From positions 58,900,001 to 58,964,000 of the forward strand of contig OX597828.1 of assembly GCA_951406725.2 (NCBI GenBank): a stretch of 64,000 bases of DNA, in the 5' to 3' direction. The notes under the pieces were generated by a model. The model saw only the letters and a program-made list of their open reading frames with translations, was not told where the DNA came from and made no database searches. A program made the translations under genes and the position numbers. The DNA comes from Octopus vulgaris. Its lineage: Eukaryota. The stretch's first letter is position 1. The number at the start of each line of letters is the position of its first letter. Shown here one piece after another: positions 12,770 through 25,686 of this stretch.

Positions 12770-12815
12770 AATACAACATTTCGGCTGATATACCTTCCAG
12801 CCTTCATCAGGTGTC
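12770..12815 (-). ncRNA. Minimal type I hammerhead-like motif (mutated stems I/III)
   Basis: - strand GACAC-CUGAUGA-A-GGCUG..CAGCC-GAAA-UGUU-GUAUU. Confidence 0.55.
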
Positions 12816-13074
12816 TTGGGGGAAATTTCGAACCTGGGTTCTCATTCCTAAGGTATTTTTCGACGTTATTATTACTATTGTTGTTGTTGTTGTTGCTGTT
12901 GTTGTTGTTGTTCAGGTCACTGCTTGGAATCGAACTCGGAATCTTGGGGTTAGTAGCCACTATGCCATATACCGACGGGCAAGCCTACGGGCATATGGCG
13001 TAATGGTCAAGAGCGCTGGCTACTAACCCAAGATTCCGAGTTCGATTCCAAGCATTGACCTGAACGACAACAAT

Positions 13075-13311
<237 letters not shown>

Positions 13312-13357
13312 GAAAAAATACCTTAGAAATGAGAACCCAGGTTCTAAATTTCCCCAA

Positions 13358-13403
13358 GACATCTGAAGAAGGCTGCAGGGTATATCAGCCGAAACGTTGT
13401 GTT
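13358..13403 (+). ncRNA. Minimal type I hammerhead-like motif
   Basis: GACAU-CUGAAGA-A-GGCUG..CAGCC-GAAA-CGUU-GUGUU; stem II 5 bp, palindromic AACGUU stem III, stem I GACAU/GUGUU. Confidence 0.62.
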
Positions 13404-14091
13404 AACAACAAACAAGATGAGGACAAATATCCGTCGAATGTAAATAATGTAAATAATGTACATAATTCCTCATCTCTTAAATATAGAACTTTACAATTTC
13501 GCCACCTGTCTTCCTGCGTTTCCCTCATCCCCAAGTTGAAAAAAAACATTCACTGATCAGCACTTCTTTATAGTGCTTTTCTCGTTCTCACACATCACAT
13601 GTCCATAACAGCGCAGTGTTCTTTCTTGAACACTGCATCTGATTCCTCTTATGTCTGTTCCTCTTTTTCTCTTAGCACATTTATACAACGTCTTTCATGC
13701 ATATCAATGGAGTATATCAATGGAGCATGTTCATTTAGTTTACCCTCAATTTTCTTATGTCTTCTGCGTTCAAGGCACAGGTATCTCTACCATGCAGCAT
13801 TACAGTAATAAAACAGCAACATGTAGTTTGCCCTTCACTGTATGGGAAAAGACTTTTGTTGGCAACACTGCTTGCAGCTCCCAGAGCTTTCTCTGACTCG
13901 TTCTCACCCTCGCTAATATATCGGAGCAACCAACTCCCTGGCTAATTACATCTCCTAGATAACAGAAGCTATCAACTAGTGAATCACTTGCACTATTTCC
14001 AGTGTGCTTCTACGTACAGCTCCAATGCATCTTTTATGTATAGAACTTACACTCTCTGGTAGTCTACCTGCGATTCTGCTACACGTCTTGT

Positions 14092-15335
14092 ATCAAGCTG
14101 AGTAAAAAATAAGCAACGTTTTAAAACACGAAATTCACCACAATATATTTCAACAATGTGGAAATTTTATTCATCACAGTAAGTACCATTACAATCAACA
14201 CATTTTTTGCTAATGAGTTACAAGTTTATTTATTCTGGTAACATGAAATCTGGAGTTCTGAAGCTAATGGACTCTTTCGGCAGCGGTTTGACTTTTTAAA
14301 CTCATTCTCTCGCAGGAAACCATCAAAGTGCTTGAAAAACTGGTAGTAGATAGGAGAATGGGCTGGAGAATATGCTGGGTGGGGAAGGGCTTCATAGCCA
14401 AATTCCCTCAACTTTTGGAGTGTCATTAGTGAAACGTGTGGTTAAGCATTGTCATAAAGAATGATCGACCCTCTTCTGTTGACCCTTATGGGACGGAGGA
14501 GCAGCAATTTTTCGTTCATTTTGGCAATTTTATGGCAATATGTTTTTGCAGTAATGGTTTTTCCAGGTTTTAAGAAGTTACAGTGGATGAGTCCAGTTGT
14601 ACACCACCAAACAGTCACCATAATCTTTTTTTGAAGAGCTCGGGTTTAGGGAAGGTTTTCAGTGCTTCATTTTGGTACAACCATTGCGAAGAAAGTTTTT
14701 TTTAATTATTGTACAGAATCCACTTTTCATTGCAAGTTACAATACGGTCGAGAAATGGATCGGTCTGGTTACGGAGAAGAAGCGACGAGCAAATTTCATA
14801 CCTGCGCATTTTCTTATTTTCATTCAAATTGTGTGGCACCCATTTGTCATGTTTTTTTAAATTTTCCGATCACATGCAAATGGTTCCAGGCAGATTTCTG
14901 GGTATGCAAATGGTTGCAGGCAGTTTTCTGACTAACTGGAGGCCCTTTTGCCAGTTCTCGAGTGGTTTTACATGGATCTTTCTCAATGACGGTCTTTAAT
15001 TGACTGTCATCGATCACAGATGGGTGTCCACTACACTCACGATCTTCAAGGCTCAGGTCTCCACTGCGAAATAATTTAAACCATTTTCGAGCTGACCACT
15101 CACTGGTCATTTCCTCATCAAACGTTTCGTTGATATCGCGAGCAGTTTCAACTGCTTTTCGTCCTTTTTTGAAGTTGAATAGCAAAATTGCTCAAATATC
15201 GCACTTTGACAGTTCCATTTCAGGTGATTGCAACAACGGTGAAAAAGAAATATCGTTGTGAATTTATTGACGCATTTGGGCAGGTCTATTTCTGTTTTAT
15301 CAGACAATTACAAAAAACCTGTTTTTTTTGTTTTT
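14092..15335 (-). mobile_element. Degenerate mariner transposon
   Basis: ORF pieces MLFNFKKGRKAVETARDINETF..WF..FRSGDLSLED..SGHP and ALPHPAYSP..SP.YY.FF; multiple stops and frameshifts. Confidence 0.85.
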
Positions 15336-16118
15336 GTGGAATATGCTTGTTGTTGTTATTCTTCTTCTTCTTCTTCTTATCATTATTAAGGCAAGAGAAT
15401 ATGATTTGAGGAAGTTTAACGAAGTAGATGCTCCCTTATTGACTCGTGTTGTTCGTAAAGAAGGTGCTGACGGAGATCGTCGCGATGACACTGATGATGA
15501 TGTGTGATGCTGATACCGGTGCCGATAGTTATGGCAAGACGGTGGTGCTTGTGGTGAGAGGGAGTCTGTGTTAATGTCTGGTGTTTTGCGGTAACAGTAT
15601 TTGCTGTAATGGTGAATGGGAGGTATTTGCGTAAGTCATACAATTATTTCCAATGTTTGTCACGAATACACACTCTCATTGTCCATAAACAAACAGTGTT
15701 GGTGTTCAATACCAAAATTCAATGTTTAAAAGTGAACGTTGATCCCTCTGTATATATGTATTACGCGTGTACTTATTTATGTACGTTTGTATGTGTGTCT
15801 ATGTATAAGTCTTTCTCTGTACGTGTATACATCTGCCTCTAAGCCGCTTTGTGAGTACAAATGCTTGTATTTATGTATATATGCTTGTATATGTGTGTAT
15901 GCATTCGTGCATGTATGTTTCCTGGTATTGGTCATAGTTTTGCACTCAAGTGACTGAAAGTTTGTAGAAGAGGACTTCTTTTTCAAGAATCTCATGAGCA
16001 GCGTGTTTTTTTTTCTGAAATTTCATCTTAGTTCTTGACTGAAAAATCTAAAACGATTTGGCATGGAGAAAAACTGCTGAAAAGAAAAGTAATTCATTTA
16101 GAATAATTAGAAATTATT

Positions 16119-16197
<79 letters not shown>

Positions 16198-16382
16198 ATT
16201 TGAGTAGTAGAATGAATTATCTTGTTATGGATAATTCGGTCAACCGATACCTGGGTACCAAATCACATCAGAGAAGACATGTTTGAAGTTACGTGCTTTC
16301 GTGTGGAAATTTCTATGTTTCTTTTAAAAATATAAATATATGTGAGAATGGAGTTGAACGACGAATTAACAAAATTCCTTTA

Positions 16383-16465
16383 TTTTCGACATATGTTTCG
16401 AAGGCTGCATATTCTTAATTGCGAAGGAATAAGGAGTATATTATGCCGCTTTCTCATCAGGAAAA
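16383..16465 (-). ncRNA. Type I hammerhead ribozyme with extended stem II (second family)
   Basis: - strand UUUUC-CUGAUGA-GAA(AGCGGCAUA...UAUGCAGCC)UUC-GAAA-CAUAU-GUC-GAAAA; stem I UUUUC/GAAAA; palindromic stem III ACAUAUGU. Confidence 0.78.
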
Positions 16466-17099
16466 GCAAGGAACTTATGTCAACATTAAGATGCACAAAA
16501 AACTTTTAGATGACTGCTCACACGGAGCCCATAGCGATAATGAGTGTCTCTTTAAAAAATTCCTTAATAAGAAGTGACGTCAAAATGGTTGGATGTAGAA
16601 CATTCTTGAAGGTTCTAAAGGTTCAAGGGTTCAAACGGAGTAGGAGAAGAGAGGCATAAGAATAGGCGCGCTTTTTCGAATTGCATTTCTGTAGTAACGT
16701 GCTTATTCGGAATAAAAATTCAGTATTGAATATACTCCGGTGAAATTTATAATTTAAAGATAGAATAAAATCTTCATAAGAAATTATCAAGTAGTAAAAA
16801 GCCCGCCATTTACATAGATGTATAAGGGGTGAACAGTTCTATATGCTACGTTGGATACGATGGTTGTTCGCCTGGTATGTTGATTTTGTTCATTCGTTTT
16901 AAATCTTGAATCATGCTGGCACCGATGAGTAAAGGACGCAACCACTGCGTTGATTACGAAATCACTGGTGATCTGCAGCTAAATTCTGTTTTTAAATGAC
17001 TTGCTTCGAGACTTGCATTCGGTACAATATGTTTATTTTGGTAGTTTTGACTTTAAGAGTCCCTCCTAGCGTGCGGCATTTATGTGTAATAATGCCCTC

Positions 17100-17150
<51 letters not shown>

Positions 17151-17334
17151 CATACATATATATATATATATATTACTTATTATATTTATCATTCTTTATA
17201 CTTTTTGAAAAAATAAAATTTAAATTTTATATATATTATATTAATTATATTTATATTATTTGTTATTTATGTATTGGTTTATGTCTATCACTGTTTGAGT
17301 TGCCTAATAGTGGTTTTATCTCTAATTCATATTT

Positions 17335-17375
<41 letters not shown>

Positions 17376-17457
17376 GGGAATATATGAAAACAAAAGTCAA
17401 GAATCCCGCACATGGAAAGTTCATAATAATTGCGATACAAATGAGCACAGTCAATGG

Positions 17458-17624
17458 CAGGGCCGACTCAAGCTACCGGCAACTCGGCCAGTTTCCCGGG
17501 GTGTCATGTGCTTCTTAGTCTACAATTTTAGTTTTTCTCCTTGTGAAAGTTTTAAAAAATAATGCTTGTAAGGGCGTCGAAGTTCAGCTTGCCCGGGGTG
17601 CCAGCAACCCTAGGGCCGGTTCTG
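17458..17624. mobile_element. hAT-type MITE
   Basis: Imperfect TIRs cagggccg.. / ..cggttctg; 8-bp TSD gtcaatgg / gtcaatga. Confidence 0.55.
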
Positions 17625-17959
17625 GTCAATGACAGGCAGAAAAGAAGTTCATAGTACTGACAAGACACAGCGTGGTAGTTATATCGATATTGTTGCAGAC
17701 AAAATCCTTGGAAGTTATAGAAACAAAGAATGCCCTTCCGAAGACAGAACTGGTTTCAACAAAATTTCGGCTCAATCAACATGTAGAATACTGCTCTAAT
17801 TTCGCAAGCATTCTAAAGACGGTTGTATAGGAATGCCAGCACATCATATAAGTGCACAATAAATAGATAAACAAATGTAAAATTTCAGAATTCTACTCTT
17901 GCTTTCTTCTCGGAAAACAAGCTCCCTCAAAAGTATACTATATTAATTTATATAATTAA

Positions 17960-18354
17960 TACGAAAGACTATCAAGACCAAATGACCAGGAAAACTGATG
18001 AAAAGGGTTTTGTTTCATGAGGACAATGCTCCGGCAAGTTCTTGGTTTCAATGGCTGTTGTGCATGACTGTGGTTTTGAACTGGTTGCTCGCCGTCCTTA
18101 TTCTCCTGATTTGGTCCCATCTGACTCTCATTGGTTCCCCAATATGAAAAAACAAACAAACAAACAAAAGACACTTGGCTGGGAAGCAGTATTGCAGTGA
18201 TGACTTTTTTGACTAACAAAATGGAGGCTTCTTCGCCAATGGGATCCAAGCACTGCAACACCAATGGAAGAAGTTTGTGGACTGTAAGAGGACTATGCTG
18301 AAAAATAAACCTCATTTTGCCACATTCCAGGGAGCTTTCCATCCGACCTTCGTA
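17960..18354 (+). mobile_element. Internally deleted mariner derivative
   Basis: TA-cgaa.. / ..ttcg-TA ends; internal HEDNAP..., PYSPDLVPSD, GIQALQHQW.K.V remnants. Confidence 0.65.
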
Positions 18355-18564
18355 CTTGAATGGAGAGAAGGTGATAAGCAATGTTTTTAGTTTTTTTTTC
18401 TGTTAGAAACTAAAGTGAAGAAATTTCAGTAAAATGTCACATATACTACGACCTTCAAAACAGGTCCTCTTATGCAAACCTCTCGTTACCTAGATGTTAA
18501 ACTGTGGACTACAGCTAAGAACAAACATACATACATACATGCATACATACATACATACATACAT

Positions 18565-18627
<63 letters not shown>

Positions 18628-19759
18628 TACATAGCACATTCGGAAACACAGAGGCAGACCAACATTTACTTTTACGTATCAAGGCTGAGTATTCAAGACG
18701 CTGTGGTGGTCGATATATCAACACAACATTTCCGACATTGTTTATTTATGGACAACGAAAGTTGTGTTCGTGACAAACACGGCGAATACTTGTATAGTTT
18801 ACCCAAACACCTTCCATTCACCACCACTGAAACCAGCGTTATGTCACTTTCTCCATCCCCACAACCATCATCACACCACCAATACCGCCGCCAGCATTTC
18901 TAGTCTGCTCCCCACCATCACCGTCACCACCTTTATTACCAATATGAACCAATAAGGAATGCTCTTCACAATCACTCAAATTGCTAGAAATAGCAGCAAA
19001 AGTATTTCTCATATCACATTGTAACACACATTAAACGGGCAAAACTTTTGAAAAATGTAGCACTAGATACACTATTCCTGAAAATAAAGAAGAGCTGACA
19101 TCTGAAACAGCTTTAATTATAGGTCTAATCGATTCGGTGCTAATGAACGGTAAATCCACAGCATTGTCATTATACTTCACAGAGTCAGCATGAAACGTGT
19201 TTCTATTGACGTAATCTTGTTGAATCAAAGCTGATGTCGGACTGGTCTTAATTATTTCCACAAGTAAAGGATGTAACCAGCAATATACACACAAAGGGCT
19301 TGTAGCGTAGGTGAAGGAAAATGAGATTGGAGAGGCAGGTTTTGTCTCGTGAAACTTTAAAAAGGTGGGTGAATGTAGCAAAGATGGTGCGTGCGAGTGA
19401 CGAAATCACTTTGAGCATGATCCTGTAAATCGCAAAAAGAGAGAGAGAGAGATAGCACTTTGCTCTCATGTGTTTATTCCCTCCCTGCTTGAAGTTACCG
19501 TGTTCTTTTCCGTAGGTTTTTCTTTCCACGGATAAACCTAATTTTGCTTCTTACATATAAAAAAATTTCTTCTGTGATACACGATCCCTTTTGATCGCCC
19601 CCCCCACCATCCCTTTTGATCGGAATTTTACTTTTTTCTCTTTTTCACCCCTTTTTCTTTTTCATTTACGAAAAGAAAAGCTCTACATTTGTATTTGTCC
19701 CCTCTGTGTTCATCCCTGTGTGACCAATAAAGAAAGTTGTCTGTCTATCTATCTATCTA

Positions 19760-21565
19760 TCTTCCCCGGTGCGGTTGGTAAATGCCAGAAATACCTTTTG
19801 AAAAAACTTTATTGGGATCTCCTCGACGACAAACCGAAGGAGGAGAAACCAAAAACTTTCGAGCAGTAACTAACTCTGTTCCTTTCATTTGTGTTTTAAC
19901 TCACTAAGATTATGATCAAGATTGGTTGTGTGAATGCCTCTTAATTGACATAAAATCACGCAAGTTAGAAATCATAGCCATAAATGAGACCAAATTCCAT
20001 AATTCACGGGCCCTAAAGTCCATGTTTGGCGGACAGTTTAATATTTATTTTTCTCCCTGTCTGCCGAGAATGGGTGGTAGTGGCACGGCGGTACTTTTTC
20101 GCAAGTGTCTGGATCTCGAAGTAAAGACAATATTCGTAGACCCGGAGGGTAGACTGGTCGTCCTGTATGTCGATGGCAGTAATGGGTGCGCTTTTCGACT
20201 CGTATCAGTCTACACACAGCCTTTAACAGGTTGGCCGGATTTCTTTCGACGTCTAGAAGTATTCCTAGGAACGTTTCGTCCTTTACTTTTAGTGGGTGAT
20301 TGGAATGCTACCGCGGACACGCATCTAGACTAAGTGGGCAGAGATAGGAATAGACGAGGATGCAAATGCCTCAGAAACCTGCTCAGATGCTTTCAACTGT
20401 CTGATAAGTACCGACTCGACCACCCGAATACGCCAACGTGGACTTGGAGCAACCACATCGGGTCGTTGAGATCGTATCTAGATAGGACACTGTGTAGGAC
20501 ACTAGATAGAGATAGCGTAAGGTGTCCACAATTCCACATAATCAGCTACACGGATCACAAATTTGTAATGTGTATGCTAGAATTAGATAAGACACATAGG
20601 CAGGGTCCCGGGTACTGGAAACTAAACGCGTCTTTCCCGTCGAGACAGGTTTTTCAGAGACGAGATTAGCACGCTAGTAAAGAGGGCTTTGACGGGAGCC
20701 ATCATCAAAACCAAATGGTGGTTTGCCCTCAAGAGAGCAATAAAAGAAGCGATTAGGTATAGCAAAGCACTAGCTATAGATAGAAATAGAGTAGAGGGTG
20801 ACCAAGTTAAGAAGCTAGAAGAGGCGATAAGAAGTGACATTGTATCCGACGTTTTGGCGGCGCGGTTGGACCTCGACCAACACTTCAACGCCAAACACGA
20901 AGGGTGTGTTGTCAGAGCTAGGATGCGTGCTCTAAGGAACGAAAGTGTTGGAGCCGTGCGGGAGGCGGAGGCGCAATAGGGCAACAGACCACCATTCGGT
21001 CTCTGGTAGATGAACAGGGGCGCAAATAACTTGAGCCAAGTAAAATGTGTGAGGCCTTTCAACAGCATTTTGCCCGACTGTTTGGGACACGTGGCGAGCG
21101 AGAACGCAGGGTGGACTTCAGTGCCTACCACGACTCTCGACAAGAGAGGCAAGGTACAGCGAAGGTGGAATCACAGCGGCAGAAGTGCGGGACGCAATGG
21201 CAGAATGCTCGAGGGACAAATCGCTGGGTTTGGATGGTCTACTCCATGAGCTATACAGTTGTATGCCAGACTTGTTTGGAGACGTCTTGCAGCAGTGTAC
21301 TGCAACTGGCAGCAAAATGGGAGCATTCCCGCTTTTGTGAGCCGAGGAGCCGTAACGCTGCTGAAGAAAGATCCAGACAAAAGGGACGTCATAGATAACT
21401 TTACGCCTATCAGTCTGCTCAATGCAGATTTGAAAATTTTGGCCAAGGTGTTAGTCAAGAGGTTGGCGCTTGTCATCAAGAAACTGGTCGACAAGGTGCA
21501 AACGTGCGCCGTGCCGGGCCGGAGCATCCATGACAACCTCCATTTGATGCGCTACATCATAGACT
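19760..21565 (+). mobile_element. L1/Tx1-clade LINE: end of ORF1, APE endonuclease, start of RT (3' truncated, degenerate)
   Basis: MIKIGCVNA (19912), IIAINETK, GTAVLF, VGDWNA, TWTW..SYLDR, TDHK, GYWKLN, FTPISLLNADLKILAKVL, PGRSIHDN. Confidence 0.9.
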
Positions 21566-23478
21566 GGTGTGCGTATGGGCACGTGTGTGTGTGTGGATTT
21601 CTATACCTGTACATGCATGGTTGCATATATATATGCATCTATTTGACGTATATGTGGGTGCGCATGTGTGTTTTATGTGAGTCTGAGTGAACATATGCAT
21701 ATAGGCACATGCACGTGGGTGTGCATGTGCACATGTGTATGCATGTAAATGCACGCGCACGCGATTGCTATGAGCTTTCTTACTCCTTTACCTTTTACTT
21801 TTTACTTCCTCCCCCTCGGTTTTTTCCCCTCAGTTAATGGCCATTCTAATAGCTCTTTTGTCTTAATAACAGTCATTTGCATAGTAATTTCCCTTTGTTT
21901 AACGGTCATTTTCACTGCATATTTTAATTGCTTCGATAACTGAAGAGATGCCGGTGCAGGTTTCCACCTTGACATCCGATGGAGGATGAGGAGCTACAGA
22001 CCTCGGAAATAGAATGTAGCTGGAAATTCCTACGGGACAGCTTACTGAGTGCAGTATGTGGGTATGCTGAAAAGTTCCTGGCTTTGGATAACAGAAAATA
22101 CGAGAGGAGCAGTTACTTGCAATTTTATTCCACATATTCCCCTCTCAGGTTCACATACTTATTGCATGGTCCTTCAGTTTTTCCAAGCACTGTAAAAGAA
22201 CTCAGAGGTAAATAGAACTGTTAAGTGGTTGACTTAACTAATAGCTTCTTATTCCAGATACGAACAAAAGATTTGTTGAAGTTAGGACTATCAACATTTC
22301 TATTCACCAAAGTTCTCTGGTGCATGACACTGGACGTGAAGTTTTCACTTGATCCGGTGATATGAAAACTGAAAAGGGAAAAAGAATTAAGGTGATATAG
22401 GAGTTGGTTTTATATAATATTTCCATTGTATTTGGGATGTTGAAAGTGAAAATGATGATAGTTGGCAGAATTAGAGATTAACCTTTCAGGAGATCGGATA
22501 CTGTGTAGAAATCTCAGACTCATAATAACACAAAATATAGATGTAGAAACATTAAGAAAAATTTTTTTGTTTTGTTATATTATCTCTATATATATAAATG
22601 GCAAAATGCGTGTGTGTGTGTATCCTTTACACAAATCCACATTTTTTTTTAGTTAGAGGGCTCACACTTTCTATGGTCATTCAAAACCGTCCAAGGGTGG
22701 TTGTGAAGATCTTTTCATTTCCCAGTTACTCCTGAAAGCCATTAAAAAAATTGATAAACCGACCCCTTATGTTTCAGGTAACAAAAGTCTTTAATACAAG
22801 GGACATAACTCACTTAATCCAGCTGTTTAATCTAAATACATTAAACCATAGCAAGGGAAATAACTCTTTAAAACTCTGCATTTCCCTCCCTTTGTTATGT
22901 ATCACACCTCAATACTGTACCAGGCCAATTTATCCAATTCAGGACTGGATCTGTCCTGGATTTCTGGATTTTCCAGTTTCCCAGAGAATTTCTAAACGTT
23001 TGCTTAAAATCTCTATATCTATAAATGACAAAATGTCAAGCTTTTTTGATTTGAGAAATGCAAGGGATTAATTAACGAGTTAGACCAAGTGAATGACAAG
23101 AGAGAGGGATTTTCATGAAAGACCAAATATGCTTGACTAGCACTAGACTGACAACGTTGGGTTATAGTGTTAGTTCTTTTATAAATAGTCTTATTAAAAA
23201 ATAGCACAAAGAAAAAATAACAACAAAATCTATTTAAGTAAATGTCTGCAGAATATATTCAGTAAAATGATTTGTCAAAAACAATAAGTATAAAAGAATA
23301 AAGCAAATTTACATTATGCTGCATCTCATAAGAAGCACCCGATAGTCAACTGATGTATTGCAAGAATATTACTTACAGAAATAAATATTGTTTACGAAAA
23401 TAAATAATATGGAAATAAATGATAATTATAGACATAAAAATCTCGAAAGAAAAAAAAAAATCAGCAGTTATTACATGA

Positions 23479-23848
23479 TTATTTGTGTTGTTGTTCCCAT
23501 GCATCTTTTGCTAAATATCCTAAGCAAAACCAACCTGCATGGCAAAGCTGTAAAGTCGTTGATGACCAACTTCTATAGACACTCATAGCATATATAATTT
23601 GTTGGTCAGTACTCATCAAGTTTTGGTTCAAAGCCCTTTTAACACTACTAATGTAGTCATCACAGAATCTTGTTAAGACATCATAACGTCCAAGGTTTGC
23701 ACCTCCAGCAACCCAAACAAGGTTTTTCCATATTATTTCTTTCAAAGGTATTTTCTGAAAATTACATTCTAAGCTGAAAGCCACACTTCTAAAGTCAAAT
23801 CCTTTTGGAAGACTTAAGCCAAAATTTTCCGTTTTGTTTACTTCATAG
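23479..23848 (-). CDS. HtrL/YibB-like gene, terminal coding exon 4
   Basis: Acceptor tgtctttttcAG at 23850-23849, phase 2; RYEVNKTENFGLSLPKGFDFRSVAFS...WVAGGANLG...MSTDQQIIYAM...GWFCLGYL...K*; GG, DQ and WF motifs. Confidence 0.85.
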
Positions 23849-24759
23849 CTGAAAAAGACAGAAAAAAACTCCCATTAAATTAGCAAATCTGTTGTAGACA
23901 ATATTGATCTTCAAAGTATAAAGCCAATTTTCTGTTTTAAATATTAGGTACCTCAAACAAATTACACAGTAAATGCTATGACTTTAGTAGCAAGAGTTCT
24001 GCTAACAGAGCCATTTTTGCATGCAACAAAGGGGATTTGGGAAGGTTACTAGAAACTGGCAAAGGACCAGAAAACCCTGTCAAAACTGGAAACTGGAAGT
24101 GGGTGAGAGAGAGTTGGCATGCAGTGGAATGCATGGAAGCATCCTTTAATTTCCAGATGGATGTTTGCATGTGTTGCAGTAGGGATTAAGTAATTGGTTA
24201 TTGTAGGTAACTTTCCTACAGGTGTTGTATACAATAATAAATATATTTTCACCATTTTCAGAAACAGACGAATTTGGAATATAGAACATAGCCTGAACAA
24301 TAGAAATTGGTTAGAGATTAAAAAAAGATAAAAGATTTGTTTCAGTGAAAAACAATATTTTTGGTTTGTCTATTAGTAGAACATGGGAGCTAGAATGAAG
24401 ATGTCCAGCAGACAATTATTGGTGTTTATATTTTTGGAAGTGTTTTTAGTCAGAGAAAAGGATAGTGAACCAATGAGTTACTGCTAAAGTTAACCTTTGT
24501 GTGTAGTCTAGCTGCCCGTCTGTAGATTTGCCAGACAAAACTATGAGTTGACTGGAGAGAGGTACTAGTCACAGAATGGAAAAGAAATTAGAGAATTATG
24601 TTGCTGCAGATAGGGCAGCTACATGAACCATTATTCTTTGTATCAGATATAAGGATGATTTCATAAAAAGTATCATGATAAAAAATTTCTAAGGTAAGAT
24701 CATTGAATATATTTGTCCATTCATGTTGTCTCCAGTTGCATGATTTTATAGTGAATGTG

Positions 24760-25075
24760 CCTGGCTTAGTGATAAGAATATTTGGCTTATGATCTCAAGG
24801 TTGTGAGTTTGATTCCTGGTGACGTGGTGTGTCCTTGAGCAAGACACTTTATTTCATGTTGCTCCAGTCCACTCAGCTGGCAAAAATGTACCTGTATTTC
24901 AAAGGGGCCAGCCTTATACTCTGTGTCATGCTGATTCTCCCTGAGAATTATGTTAAGGGTACACATGTCTGTGGAGTGCTCAGCCACATACACATTAATT
25001 TCATGAAGAGGCTGTTCTTTGATTGAATCAATTTGAAGCCTTGTCATCGTAACTGACAGAGTGTCAGTATAGAAG
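24760..25075 (+). mobile_element. tRNA-derived SINE (degenerate)
   Basis: TGGCTTAGTG A-box-like, GAGTTTGATTCC, gtgtccttgagcaagacactt core; related inverted copy about 41650-41970. Confidence 0.65.
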
Positions 25076-25367
25076 TATATCAACATGATTTTATAGATGG
25101 GAGAGACATTGAGAAATGTGAAAAAAAAGTTTCACCTCATCATCATAACCAAACTTTGTTCTTTTTCCATGAGCCGAACGACTCATAAGACCAGTTATCC
25201 AGTTTTCATAGCATGTAAGTGACTGAGATCACAACATTCCCCTTCAACAGAACACCAATCTGTTGAAGAGTTTAAGGCCAGCAATTTCAAGAAGAGGGGG
25301 CCCATCAGTTACATTGATCCTAATTCTTCACTGGCATTTTATTTTATAAATCCTAAAGGGATGAAAG

Positions 25368-25686
25368 GCGGAAGTGCAATGGCCCAGTGGTTAGGGCAGC
25401 GGACTTGCAGTCGGAGGATCGCAGTTTCAATTCCCAGACTGGGCGTTGTGTGTGTTTATTGAGTGAAAACACCTAAAGCTCCATGAGGCTCTGGCAGGGG
25501 TGGTGGTGGTGACCCCTGTTGTACTCTTTTGCCCCAACTTTCTCTCACTCTCTCTGCCGTTTCTTGAGTAACGCTACGATGGACTGACGTCCCATCCAGC
25601 TAGGGGGAACACATACGCCACAGAAACCAGGAAACTGGGCCCATGAGCCTGGCTAGGCTTGAAACAGGCACATAAAAAAATAAAAA
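25368..25686 (+). mobile_element. tRNA-derived SINE nested in an older SINE
   Basis: TGGCCCAGTGG A-box, GTTTCAATTCC B-box-like, A-rich tail; flanking repeat aaagggatgaaag on both sides. Confidence 0.68.

Noticed and set aside
12989-13060. Genuine tRNA gene
   Set aside because: Acceptor stem does not pair well and the sequence is embedded in a multi-copy repeat; treated as a tRNA-derived head.
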